In this document: positions 1-11,229 of the stretch, one piece after another
Numbering within the stretch: position 1 is the stretch's first letter
Layout of the letters: every line of letters starts with the position of its first letter
NCBI GenBank assembly: GCA_000002445.1
Contig: AE017150.2
Coordinates: 32,001-96,000, forward strand
Reading direction: 5' to 3'
Length of the DNA stretch: 64,000 nt
Source: Trypanosoma brucei
Taxonomy: Eukaryota
Position numbers and translations under genes: made by a program
The notes under the pieces: model-generated
Database searches by the model: none
What the model was told of the DNA's origin: nothing
What the model saw: only the letters and a program-made list of their open reading frames with translations

Positions 1-759
1 ATTGGGTCTCTCCTCAATCTCTGCATCTACATCCGCAGGTTCAGGACTTACATCCACCTCCGCTTCGGTCCAAATCCGCTGTGGTTTTCCATCGAATATC
101 TTCATTCCAAATGGCTCTTCATCATAACCCGACATCACATAACTCCATTTTGCATTATAAATGGAATCATAAGCGCCTTCAACTTCAACAGCACCATCAG
201 CTGTTTGGGCAGCTCGTTTCCTTGCTTCTTTGGCAATGCGCAGTGCCCTGTCCAACTTTGTCGCTGCCACGGGACCAACAAATTCCCTTATTTGCGCTGT
301 TGCATTTTCTTCCCATTGGTGAATGTCTTCAATCCTATTACGAGGCAGATAAATAACTGCCCTCAGTAATTGAAACTCATCAAGCCCCCGTACCCTTCCT
401 AGAAGCCTGGCATTCACAATATAATCCTCCGGGCTCTGAACAAAAATGGGCATCCTAACATTTTCTGCTTCAGCCACCGCAAAAGTCCCGCCAACGAACT
501 CCTGAATAAAGTCGTTCACTGTCATTTTACGCAAACCCGCATAGCGTTGCAGCAACACATCCCTCACCTTACTATTCATCGTCCATGTTAGTCCCCCTTC
601 AGTTCTCTGCCGTATTTGTGGAGGCTGAGCAGCAGCAGCAGCAGGAGGCGGCGGTACATTTTCATCCCGTGGCCTCCTCACTGCTGCTCCAAAATTACCT
701 GCCACTTGTTGGTTTGCATTATTTCTTCGTCGACCCCCACCTCTTCGACGTCTTGACAT
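1..759 (-). CDS. RHS-like P-loop NTPase, 5' portion only (ATG at 757-759; 253 codons in-frame to window edge; gene continues beyond position 1). Mosaic of C-like (600-759), A-like (~180-420) and B-like (1-180) segments.
   Basis: I translated the minus strand from the ATG at 757-759 and found no stop down to position 1. The start reads MSRRRRGGG...RRPRDENVPPPP...QIRQRTEGG. DNA 600-759 is near-identical to 26166-26340 (type C N-terminus). DNA 180-365 is near-identical to 5700-5880 (type A). DNA 1-180 is ~88% identical to 15963-16145 (type B). Confidence 0.7.
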   Translation of the reverse strand, partial: MSRRRRGGGRRRNNANQQVAGNFGAAVRRPRDENVPPPPAAAAAQPPQIRQRTEGGLTWTMNSKVRDVLLQRYAGLRKMTVNDFIQEFVGGTFAVAEAENVRMPIFVQSPEDYIVNARLLGRVRGLDEFQLLRAVIYLPRNRIEDIHQWEENATAQIREFVGPVAATKLDRALRIAKEARKRAAQTADGAVEVEGAYDSIYNAKWSYVMSGYDEEPFGMKIFDGKPQRIWTEAEVDVSPEPADVDAEIEERPN

Positions 760-2945
760 AACTCTTTTAATATTATTAACTTAACTTCCTTTCCTTTCCT
801 TTTTTCTCTGAAATTATAAATAACTGAAGTAAAGTAACATATGAGGAAAAAAAAATAGCGTGTGCACAGTGTAACATAATATCAAATGTAATAGAGCAAG
901 ATAATGTTTATTCACTATCATTTGTATAATATGATATCATAGCGCATTTGGTATTGAGAGGAACAATTTCAAAATATAGCAGCTGTAAATAAATTATTTC
1001 CCTTGCTTCATCATTATGTGCTAAATATAATTAATTTCCTGTATCATTCTTTCTAAACCATATATAATACGGAAAAAAAAATATTACTGCCTCATATACC
1101 TGCATAAGCACTTCGTATATATAATCAATATTTAAAGAGAGTCAAATTCTATCAATTAAAATCAAGTAAAACAAAAAACAAAAAATTTATGGATATTAAT
1201 GAAGCGAAGAAATAGAGTATCGGCACAACACATAGGGATATATACACACATGAATACGCACTACACAACTGTTCCACTGGAGTTTCCTCACTTCTGTCAA
1301 TACGTAATATTCACTTGCATTGAATAAACTCATTGAAATATAAATCACTTATCCCCTCCCCCGTGTATTCACTTACTTCCAAAGAAGAATATTAAATAAT
1401 GTCTGTAGGACAGGTAAAAAAGAAACTGATACTCTATTTTGCATCAGATAACCAAAAGGTATTTCTGTTTACTTTGATTATAAACAAAAACATCATTTTG
1501 CTCTCAGTAGAAATAAAATTTAATTACTTGCCTACTCACTGTTCACAACCATCAACAACTAATTCAGCCCCACAAATTCACATGAATCTGATGTGCCATC
1601 GTTGTTGGATTCATTCACACACCTTTTATGATGGTGATTATACAACATATTGTAAATAATTGAAATAAAATTAATACAATTAATTGAGGAAACCGTAAAA
1701 GATTATCATAACATATCTTTTATTTTCCCTCCTTTCATTTACACAAATTAAATATGTAATGATACAATTCCCTTTCAGTGTGTGTCCTCACTTATTGTAT
1801 CATCATTGTAAGTTTCCTATTGCTCATATACACAAAGCTATTGGAATAACAAAAAATAAAACAACACATCTAAACAACTTGAAATAATATATAACAAATA
1901 AAGGTAAAAAAGAGAATGAGCGTGAACTGACAGATAATAAAATGAAACACGTCTCGCACTTCCCTTATAAATATTCAATAGTTGGCGGATTACAAATAAA
2001 AACAATTACATAATATAGAAAAGAAGAGATATAATTACATTATACACCTGCATGTGGATATGTAACAGCGAGTCATAGTAGAAATAAATTGGCTAAACAC
2101 AATAGTTATGGAAGATAACATAATTCAAAATATTAAAAATATTATTCTATCAACATTCCCTTCCTTCTCCATTAAGTTTTCAAATGGTTTCAAATAATAA
2201 TTCACATAATCTCATACATATGTTATGATGGGTTTTGCATGCAGTACAATTTAAAGGAAGTGTAGCTCATATAACATTTTCAAAAATAGGTATTGAATGA
2301 CTGTTTGCTACCATCAATTACATTTCCAATGCCTAATTACACTTTTATATGCATGAAGGAAGTTACTGATCATAACTTTGACATGCTCGAGAATCCATAA
2401 CACAAAGCGACAGCTGCATGCAATTAAAAATAAAAATATAAATAACATCCGAATTCATTTACTGACAGATGAGTGCAAGTCATTCACCCAAACTTCATAG
2501 CTGCAAATATAAACTCGCTGCTGCCAATAGGAAATAATCCCGCATAAATATTGAGTATCTGAAAATGATAGCAACGGGTTTCCATTATTGAAATATATAC
2601 ATAAACTACATGAGGTATATGAAGCCATATTGGTAAAGTGTCACTACGCATGTTGCAATTTACTATCAAAAGTGTCTGCCTTATTTTATTTCTTGTGTTA
2701 CTTTAACTCATGAGTATTATTCATTATTCTTTACAATACAACTGTAAGTCATTTTGCATTTTTTTATATTTTCTTATTCTCTCATACTGGAAGTATTCCA
2801 CATATGAGATTCCTCAATATCGTTCACAAAATAAAAATAATTTTATTTACTTCTGCATTCAGTTTCTCGTGTAGCAGTGTGTACACTAATCATCCATAAA
2901 GTTTTTAATTTGCCAAATACATCATTACGAAACTATTTTCATACA
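760..2945. repeat. Spacer module U, copy 1. This ~2.1-2.2 kb AT-rich module is found 5' of the A/C-type genes.
   Basis: It aligns by eye along its whole length with 6255-8335, 26341-28525, 31769-33915 and 37223-39303. Confidence 0.8.
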
Positions 2946-3797
2946 CAAACACAAACACATACAAATAAACAACCAAACATTTTTAAATGTTGTTGTGAAA
3001 CGAAAATTGAATCACGGAAAATTGTGGGGCGCACACGTAATGGGCACCATGAATGCCTCTTTGGATATTCCTCTATGGATTTTCACCAGCATCATCAACT
3101 TACTTTTTGTGTAAAAAAATAATAGAAACAAGACAGAACAGAAAAAAGAAATAAAGGTACAAATGCATTAATAAACCCAACTCCTCAGCAGGAAATCAAG
3201 AACAGGAAGCCACGAAAAGCGTATGGCACATATGATTTTCACCTCTCAGTTACTTAAGGTGGATCGCATGATTTACCCACCTTCTAAGAACACACCCTCC
3301 GAGAGGCCCGATTAAAAGAAAAAAAAACGCTATGACGGTTGAAAAGACGTTTTTCATAAACCTTCACTTTATACGTGAGGATGCATGAATAAACAATGAT
3401 AACGATGAGAATGCTAACGGAAACAATGACGAACCGTGAGGATCCTAGAAAAAAAAATAAAATAAAATCATCACGTACCTTCGCAGTAGGGAAACTTAAT
3501 AAATAACAAAATATAAATATTCCCTACACAGAGGTATAGGGAGTGTTCGTCAACTTCGTAATGCTAATCAAAAAGCCTTCAAATGTATCGATCATTCGTG
3601 TAGTCAATCAAATAAGAAGTAACATGTACTACACGCACAAAAGCACACTTATAAAGCCTACAAACCCACTTGCCCCCTTTTAGAGAATACCACTCTCTAG
3701 TCAGTGATAGGAGAGGTGATATTAAAAGTATTCCCTTTATAATTATTTCTGACTCATCAATTCGTTGCAACATAACATAACATGCAAAGATGTTGCA
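2946..3797. repeat. Module D_A, copy 1 (~850 bp 3' flank of A-type genes).
   Basis: Shared with 28526-29398, 33916-34765 and 58776-59627. Confidence 0.8.
3256..3283. other. Perfect 7-bp inverted repeat (aaggtgg ... ccacctt) with a 14-nt loop, ~520 nt 3' of the A-type stop codon. Conserved in all four D_A copies.
   Basis: aaggtggatcgcatgatttacccacctt read directly from the sequence. The same string occurs in D_A copies 2-4 near 28857, 34225 and 59105. Confidence 0.5.
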
Positions 3798-6167
3798 TCA
3801 GGCAGCGGGGCCACCAGCAATAGCGTTTGGTTCATCCTGGGTGATCTCCTTAACAATATTCCCTTCCATCTTCACTTGAAACTGGTTGATTCTATTCCAC
3901 AACTCTGTAGTATAATCGCCTCTGCCCCCAACTGGTTCGCACTTCTGCCTCTCCTCGATTGGCTTGCTGTCACTGTACTGTATGTAAATCAGTTCCCATT
4001 TCAAGTTTCTTGCGAGCTCATCCCATTCACCAAACAATTTTTTCATTGCCTTGATAAACTTATCTACCTTCGCTCGTGTCGTGTGATGCGTTGGTGCCAC
4101 TGTCGCCTGGAGCAGAACAATTGTTGTTGCGGTGATCGCCCTTCCTTCTCTATCAACAGCTGGCTCAGTTACAAAGAAAAAGGCGTCCACAACGGGGAAA
4201 TTTCCCTGTACAGGTCGGTAGAAGCACCCGACCTCAATGTCTTGGCCTGTCGTTTCGGGGTTAAACTGACGAAGTGAAGTTGGAACACGTCCCACGGCAT
4301 TACCACTTGCCAGAACGGATACATTTGAATCCATTTCTTCTCCAACGCGAGGGAGATACCGCAGGTGCGTCACAATCGTCTGCACAACATTTCCCATCGT
4401 GAAGGCATATACGCCCACATTTTCAAATTCATCAGCGGCCCGCTCTTCTTTCCCACGAAAAACCTTTCGAAGGTAATTGTCTCGCATACATGCTGTGTTC
4501 GCCCACACTCTCAATTTCTGCTCAATATCAATGGAAACAGCTCTGTTTCTGCATTCTTCTCCATTCTCAGTTACAACCCGGACCAACTTAGCTAACATGT
4601 AAGTAGTCCCGTCCTGGCGCCATTGAACTCGACTATTCAGCACCTTCATGTAGTGACTATCATCGCCTCTACTGATTTCTGCCAGTGCCTCATTTATTTC
4701 TCTAACGCGGCCCTTGTAGCGTTTTTCACCTTCCAGTACTTGGCGGGCCAGTGGGCCCACCTTCTTAATCCATCCCAATGTTTTCTGCCATTCATTCTCA
4801 AGGTTTATGATGTGAGCTTCGGTGATTTTACTTTCCTCCAACTTCGACAGCCGCCTCCACGCAACCGCAGCCTTCAGTTCCACCTCTTCATAGCAATTGA
4901 TGCAAAGGAACTCGCAACCCCGTGGTTCCTTCCAGTCTTTGTAGTTATTTGGATCTGGAGATGTCAACACAATTACGGGCCACGCTCCCGGCAAGTCTGC
5001 GGGTATGGGTTGGTGCCTGTCTTTCCAAAAGTCGTATATAATGTAACCAAGAACTTTTTCAACAACGAAGGCCTCAACAGCATCCAATCCATCTTTTTCT
5101 TTTTCATAGAATACAACCTTTCCCGGATGATCGTTTGTCGCCCTGAAGAAAATATATGCCCTACCCTTCACAAAATAAGCGATATTCCGCAACAGCTCCG
5201 AATCGTAATGCAGCAACCTTTGAAGCAGAAACGAGCCAACACCAAATGATTTCCCAATACCTGGAGTGCCAACGAGGACGCAAGGAATCTGTTTTTTATT
5301 CACGCCTGGCCCTAACCACAAATCCAGCCTGTGCTTCACGAGATACCACACTCTCATTACCTCTCGACGAATGTACACATCCCCGTCAAACACGTAGTCT
5401 CCTGGTTCTTCCGCTTCCTCTTGAATTGCATGTTCCGGAATGCTGAAAGAGTTATACGGCCAACCCTCCTGCGAGGTGAGCACAGCAATCTCTAAATTAC
5501 CGTGACGAGGCAGTGGGTCGCACAAGTCATAAGGCGTGTGACTGACATTCACCTCCTCTTCTGTCCACAACTCGGGCTCGCCGTCACTATTACCCACCAC
5601 CTTCATGCCAAGAGGTAAATCATTGTGACCCGACTCCACATAACCCCATGTCGCATTGTATATGGATTCATATACTCCTTTCAGTTCGACACCATCAGCT
5701 GTTTGGTGAGCTCGTTCCCTTGCTTCTTTGGCAATGCGCAGTGCACTGTCCAACTTTGTCGCTGCCACGGGACCAACAAATTCCCTTATTTGCGCTGTTG
5801 CATTTTCTTCCCATTGGTGAATGTCTTCAATCCTATTACGAGGCAGATAAATAACTGCCCTCAGTAATTGAAACTCATCAAGCCGCTGTATCCTTCCTAG
5901 AAACCCGGCATTCACAATATAATCCTCCGGGCTCTGAACAAAGACACCCACTGACACATTAGAAGTGCCGAGGGTTTCACCGAAGTGATGATTCAAAAGG
6001 TCATGCAATTTCATATCCCTCAAACCCGCAAAGCGTTGAAGCAATACATCTTCAATAGAACTATTCATCGTCCATGTTGGTCCCTCTTCATCCCCGCGCA
6101 GTCTCTTGAGAAAACGCCTTGCCGCATGTAAGCCATCAGTATAGAAACGCCGCATTGAATTCCACAT
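3798..6167 (-). CDS. RHS-like P-loop NTPase, subfamily A, copy A1 (789 aa from ATG of MWNSMRRF). The ORF-track extension to 6254 begins at a GTG and runs through the polypyrimidine tract.
   Basis: The ORF is 2.4 kb. Walker A GTPGIGKS is at ~5244-5273 and Walker-B-like LGYIIYDF at ~5022-5050. It is near-identical to copies at 29399..31768 and 34766..37135. A polyY+AG tract lies immediately 5' of the ATG on the gene strand. Confidence 0.8.
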   Translation of the reverse strand: MWNSMRRFYTDGLHAARRFLKRLRGDEEGPTWTMNSSIEDVLLQRFAGLRDMKLHDLLNHHFGETLGTSNVSVGVFVQSPEDYIVNAGFLGRIQRLDEFQLLRAVIYLPRNRIEDIHQWEENATAQIREFVGPVAATKLDSALRIAKEARERAHQTADGVELKGVYESIYNATWGYVESGHNDLPLGMKVVGNSDGEPELWTEEEVNVSHTPYDLCDPLPRHGNLEIAVLTSQEGWPYNSFSIPEHAIQEEAEEPGDYVFDGDVYIRREVMRVWYLVKHRLDLWLGPGVNKKQIPCVLVGTPGIGKSFGVGSFLLQRLLHYDSELLRNIAYFVKGRAYIFFRATNDHPGKVVFYEKEKDGLDAVEAFVVEKVLGYIIYDFWKDRHQPIPADLPGAWPVIVLTSPDPNNYKDWKEPRGCEFLCINCYEEVELKAAVAWRRLSKLEESKITEAHIINLENEWQKTLGWIKKVGPLARQVLEGEKRYKGRVREINEALAEISRGDDSHYMKVLNSRVQWRQDGTTYMLAKLVRVVTENGEECRNRAVSIDIEQKLRVWANTACMRDNYLRKVFRGKEERAADEFENVGVYAFTMGNVVQTIVTHLRYLPRVGEEMDSNVSVLASGNAVGRVPTSLRQFNPETTGQDIEVGCFYRPVQGNFPVVDAFFFVTEPAVDREGRAITATTIVLLQATVAPTHHTTRAKVDKFIKAMKKLFGEWDELARNLKWELIYIQYSDSKPIEERQKCEPVGGRGDYTTELWNRINQFQVKMEGNIVKEITQDEPNAIAGGPAA

Positions 6168-6199
6168 TGCTAATGCCCTATTGTCTCGTTGTCTAGCAA

Positions 6200-6236
6200 C
6201 TGCAAAATTAAAGTAACGTATGAGGAAAATAATAGT
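6200..6236 (-). promoter_or_regulatory. Putative trans-splice acceptor signal for A1: a polypyrimidine tract followed by AG (gene strand tattattttcctcatacgttactttaattttgcag), ~35 nt 5' of the ATG.
   Basis: Reverse complement of 6200-6236. The same tract precedes A2 and A3. This is the pattern used for spliced-leader addition in trypanosomatids. Confidence 0.4.
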
Positions 6237-6254
6237 GTGTAAATAATGTAACAC

Positions 6255-8335
6255 AATATCAAATGTAATAGAGCAAGATAATGTTTATTCACTATAGTTT
6301 GTATAATATGATATCATAATGTATTTGGTATTGAGAGGAACAATTTCAAAATATAGCAGCTGTAAATAAATATTTCCCTTGCTTCATCATCATGTTCTAA
6401 AAATAATTAATTTCCTGCATCATTCTTTCTAAACCATATATAATATGGAAACAAAAAATATTACTGCCTCATATACATGCATCAACACTACGTATATATA
6501 ATCAATATTTAAAGAGAGTCAAATTCTATCAATTAAAATCAAGTAAAACAAAAAACAAAAAAATTTATGGATATTAATGAAGCGAAGAAAAAGAGTATCG
6601 GCACAACACATAGATATATACACACATGAATACACACCACACAATTGCTTCTTTATTTATCCTCCCCATTTTTACAATTCATAATATTCACTTGCATTGA
6701 ATAAACTCATTGAAAATATAAATCACCTATCCCCTCCCCCGTGTATTCACTTACTTCCAAAGGAGAATATTAAATAATGTCTGTAGGACAGGTAAAAAAA
6801 AAAAACTGATAGTCTTTTTGCATCAGATAACCAGAGAGTATTTCTGTTTACTTTCATAATAAACAAAAACATTCTTTCACCTTCAGTTAAAATAAAATTG
6901 ATTTACTTGCCTCCTTACTGTTCACAACCATCAACAACTAATTCAGCCCCACATATTCACATGTATTTTATGTGCCATCGTTGTTTGATTTATTCACACA
7001 TCTTCCATGATGGTGATGATACAACATATGAAAAATTATTGAAATACAATTAATACAATTATTTGAGGAACCCATGAAAGACTATCATAACATATCTTTT
7101 ATTTTCCCTCCTTTCATTTACAAAAATTAAATATGTAATGAGACAATTCCCTTTCAGTACGTGTCCACACTTATTGTATCATCATTGTAAGTTTCCTATT
7201 GCTCACATACACAGAGCTATTGGAACAACAAAAACATAAAACAACACATCTAAACAACTTGATAAAATATATAATAAATAAATAAAGGTAATAAAGAGAA
7301 TGAGCGTGAACAGACAGATAATAAAATGAAACACGTCTCGTACTTTCCTTATAAATATTCAATAGTTGGCGGATTACAAATAAAAACAATTACACATTAT
7401 AGAAAGGAAAGGATATAATTACATTATACACCTGCATGTGGATATGTAACAGTGAGTCATAGTAGAAATAAATTGTCTAAACACAATAGTTATGGAAGAT
7501 AAAATAATTCAAAATATCAATAATATTATTCTATCAACATTCCCTTCCTTCTCCATTAAGTTTTCAATGGATTTAAATAATAATTCACATAATCCCATAC
7601 ATATGTTATGACGGGTATTGCATGCAGTACAATTTAAAGGAAGTGAAACTCATATAACATTTTCAAAAAAAAAAGGCATTGAATGGTTGTTTGCTACCAT
7701 CAATTACATTTCCAATGCCTAATTACACTTTTGTATGCATGAAGGAAGTTACTGATGATAACTTTGACATGCTCGAGAATCCATAACACAAAGCGACTGC
7801 TGCATGCAATAAAAAATAAAAATATAAATAACATCCGAATTCATTTACTGACAGATGAGTGCAATTCATTCATCCAAACTTCATAGCTGTAAACATAAAC
7901 TCGTTGCTGCCAATAGGAAATAATCCCGCATAAATATTGAGTATCTGAAAATGATAGCAACGGGTTTCCATTTTTGAAATATATGCATAAACTACATGAG
8001 GTATATGAAGCCATATTGGTAAAGTGTCACTACACATGTTGCAATTTACTATCAGAAGTGTCTGCCTTATTTTATTTCTTGTGTTACTGTAACTCATGAG
8101 TATTATTCATTATTCTTTACAATACAACTGTAAGTCATTTTGCATTTTTTTATATTTCCTTATTCTCTCATACTGGAAGTATTCCACATATGAGATTCCT
8201 CAATATCGTTCACAAATAAAAATAATTTTATTTACTTCTGCATTCAGTTTCTTGTGCAGCAGTGTGTGTACTAATCATCCATAAAGTTTTTAATTTGCCA
8301 AATACATCATTACGAAACTATTTTCATACACATGC
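6255..8335. repeat. Spacer module U, copy 2.
   Basis: Same sequence blocks in the same order as the other U copies (e.g. agagtcaaattctatcaattaaaatcaagtaaaac, atgtctgtaggacaggtaaaaaa, catccgaattcatttactgacagatgagtgc). Confidence 0.8.
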
Positions 8336-9084
8336 ACAAACAAACCGTTGGGACAATATCTTTGAGGAATTTCCTTCACTATATTTGCAGTTCAGTAGTA
8401 ATTAAAATACACTTTTTGTATAATTCAACACATGGTGGAATTGCAAAGAAATGTGATGGTACTTATAATCAATAAGTTCCCAATTTTCCTCACATGGTCT
8501 CTTTTCATGCCTTTCCACACATATATAATTCACAGAGAATTACTGCAATATCCTTCATATGCTTTCAGGATTCCATATGTCACAATACAAATAATATACA
8601 TTTACACATATATATAATTTGGACAGCATATTGCTTAACATATAAATTATCACAAACCTATGATATTACACTCCTCCTAAGAATAATAGAATCAAATCAT
8701 TTCTATTTTGCATCATTACATGAAGCTTTGGAAAAGAAAAAAAAAGAATCAAACAAAAGGTAATGTAAAGAACACAGTTTCATAATACAGATTATAACTT
8801 GTTTGTGAATTTCAGATGCAAACACAAAATGTTCAAACAGTAAAACAGTAAAGGATAGTACTGGTGATGTAAGCACAAATTAATCAAAAATAGAAACATA
8901 AATAAAATTGAAACTTATAAAAACACAAATATATATGATACAAATATTTACCACATATTATAATTCGCCACCCTCACACTTGAATTAGAAAGAGTACATA
9001 ACACACATATGTGGTAAAACTAATACAACTCGAGTATACGTATGTGCCATCTTCATAACATAATCATTCTAATATTTACTCAGT

Positions 9085-9114
9085 ATGTGTGTCTGTGTGT
9101 GTGTCTGTGTGTGT
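9085..9114. repeat. TG-rich microsatellite (gtgtgtgtctgtgtgtgtgtctgtgtgtgt) inside the L module. It recurs in other L copies and is length-variable.
   Basis: Read directly from the sequence. Counterparts are at ~40053-40082, ~18771-18796 (TATG/TG) and ~49805-49820 (shorter). Confidence 0.85.
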
Positions 9115-11229
9115 AGAAATGATGAAATGTAATTGTAACAAATCAGGCACAACACAAACAAAATATATGAATTATATTATTCTCTAAAAAGTAGAAGAAT
9201 AAAAATCAAGAAATATTACGCAGCTTTTCTCACAAGTAATTTTGTTTCTGTATATAACACGACAGCTGACAACATTAAACTCTCAATTCCATAATATCTG
9301 ACACCTGAAGTGATAATTAGCAGCGGATGCCTTTAACAAAAAACAACAGAAATAACAACATCAAAGCATGTTTTGAAAGCTTAAATAAACTTCCTCATGG
9401 ATAAACCATTTGTACGAAGTTTGAGTGCCAAGTTGGAGGAACAAAGAAAAAATAAAAAAAGAAGAATTAAATGGTAAAACAATTGCGTGTGATATAACTA
9501 AAGGATTTGTTAGGCACTACACTCATTAAACTCCAGTTTCATAAAAATACTGCAAGGCATAATATTTACTGCTTTACCGGTTATGTGCCTCCAGCAAGCA
9601 ATAATAAATACTTCGAGTATTATTCAATTTCTGATGCTATGAAGTGTGTAATAAATTAGTGCGGGAGCAAAATATTCAAATGTTGGTGTTCACTTCAAAT
9701 TATAACCTCTGCACTATGAATGTCTCTCGATGTTTATAATTTGAGAGAGCAAAAGTGACGGCGCTATTACTTATTTCTTCCAGTTCATGAATACATACAC
9801 ATATTTATACATATATAATCAGAGGTGACACGCAAAAGCGTTTAAACATCAGGCATGAACATCTTTCCATTCAAAGTAAGACGATACAATAAGGTAAGTT
9901 TAGGATGAAGTGAAGGTATCATAATGTTAATATCTTCCTTCAAGCGGAGGATTCAATTCAAATAGGCGTACTTCACAAACAATAGTAAAATAACTGAGAA
10001 AACTTATATCACTTAATCGTTATTTCCTTCAATTCTTATTTTGAATCGCTCTGTACCGTCACACCTTCAATAAAGTATATAGTGACGCATTTCATACATC
10101 CTCCCTAAGCCATCTCTCATAGTCATTAGCTCTCAACAGCAATAATAACAAATAATGAATAGTTTAGTTCTTACCTTCCCTTTTTTACTACCCACAAGAA
10201 AGATATACGAAATAATTATCATACTGAATAAACAGTAGGCGTTCCTCATTATCCTACACAAAATATGAATTGAAACGATAATTTACTAACGGAGCGGAAG
10301 TGTCTGAAAGCGTCTTTAACTCGTCTCCTGTGCGGGGCGAAGAGGGTTGTGTTGTGTGGGCTTTCTAAAAATTTCACTCTCTTGCAGACAGCTGTGTAAA
10401 TAAACGGGGAGTACAGGTGTGTTTAGAGAAAGATAACCGTACAAAATAATACTCTGCACTCCTATGACCAAAACAACCATTCATAATGCAGGCTTTCAAA
10501 ATACACGATATCATCTCAACAAATTGTAATTTTTTTTTGCATAATGTCCTCCAGAAGACAGAACAACAGATGACACAGTTAAATAACACATGACAAACAA
10601 GGAATATAACCGCACATCCTCAGCAGTAAATGTTTCAGTTTCTCCTTTAAAAAAAAAAAAGAAAAATAAAACAGTTTCACACGTGTGGTCCAAAAGCTGC
10701 ATCAGCCAATACAATATCTTGACAGCTTGTCACGCAGTCTTGCCTCAAGAAGAAAATAAATCATTCATCTCTGCTTTCCTTAGTTGATAAATGAGATCCC
10801 ATGCTGTGTTAACTCCCGTCTCCATTCAAAAAGTTGACTCAACGTTATGACGAGGCAGTGACCAAAAACAATCCAAATGCAATTCTAAATTTCTTCATAT
10901 TACGTTTTCAGTTTTATTACACATTTCCCCAACCATTCCAAGTACTAACAGGAATAATTTGGTTCTATAATAATGCATGTGTTTTCTACAGCTCTTTCAT
11001 TTTGTTATGATCCGCACAAAAATTATATATGTGGTTGTTGATTCGTCCTGTCAATCAAAGTAACAATCATAATAATTAATTTTCCCCTTTTCTTCATTTT
11101 TTCTATTAGCACATGTGCACCTTGGTGAGATCACTTTCACTCATTTGCACTGATTGGTCAACACTATTTAGTTCGTTATTCAACACACTCCCTTACATGT
11201 CCTCCTCTCACCATTTATAACCCACACGA

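Noticed and set aside
2877-3122. Recurrent small ORFs in the U/D_A modules (MCTLIIHKVFNLPNTS..., MSIIHYSLQYNCKSF..., MVELQRNVMVLII..., MIVNCNMRSDTLPIWLHIPH...).
   Set aside because: They are 60-90 codons long in 70-75% AT sequence. They are conserved only to the extent that the whole module is. Some 'starts' in the ORF track are non-ATG codons. There is no codon-usage or motif support.
3765-5446. Long plus-strand ORFs (170, 76, 208, 96 aa) running antisense through A1. Identical sets lie inside A2, A3, the B copies (e.g. 14807..15226) and C (25468..25938).
   Set aside because: They sit entirely inside the much longer minus-strand genes and have low-complexity or odd composition. They recur only because the DNA is duplicated. 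They are antisense artefacts of the ~50% GC coding sequence.
6168-6254. A 29-aa N-terminal extension (MLHYLHTIIFLIRYFNFAVARQRDNRALA) of the A1/A3 ORFs in the ORF track.
   Set aside because: In A1 it begins at a GTG (6252-6254). In A2 the same frame is closed by a stop. It also overlaps the polypyrimidine/AG tract expected to be the spliced-leader acceptor. I take MWNS (6165-6167) as the true start.
10070-10110. A single ccctaa hexamer, which prompted a check for telomeric repeats.
   Set aside because: It is an isolated occurrence. No tandem TTAGGG/CCCTAA array exists anywhere in the window.
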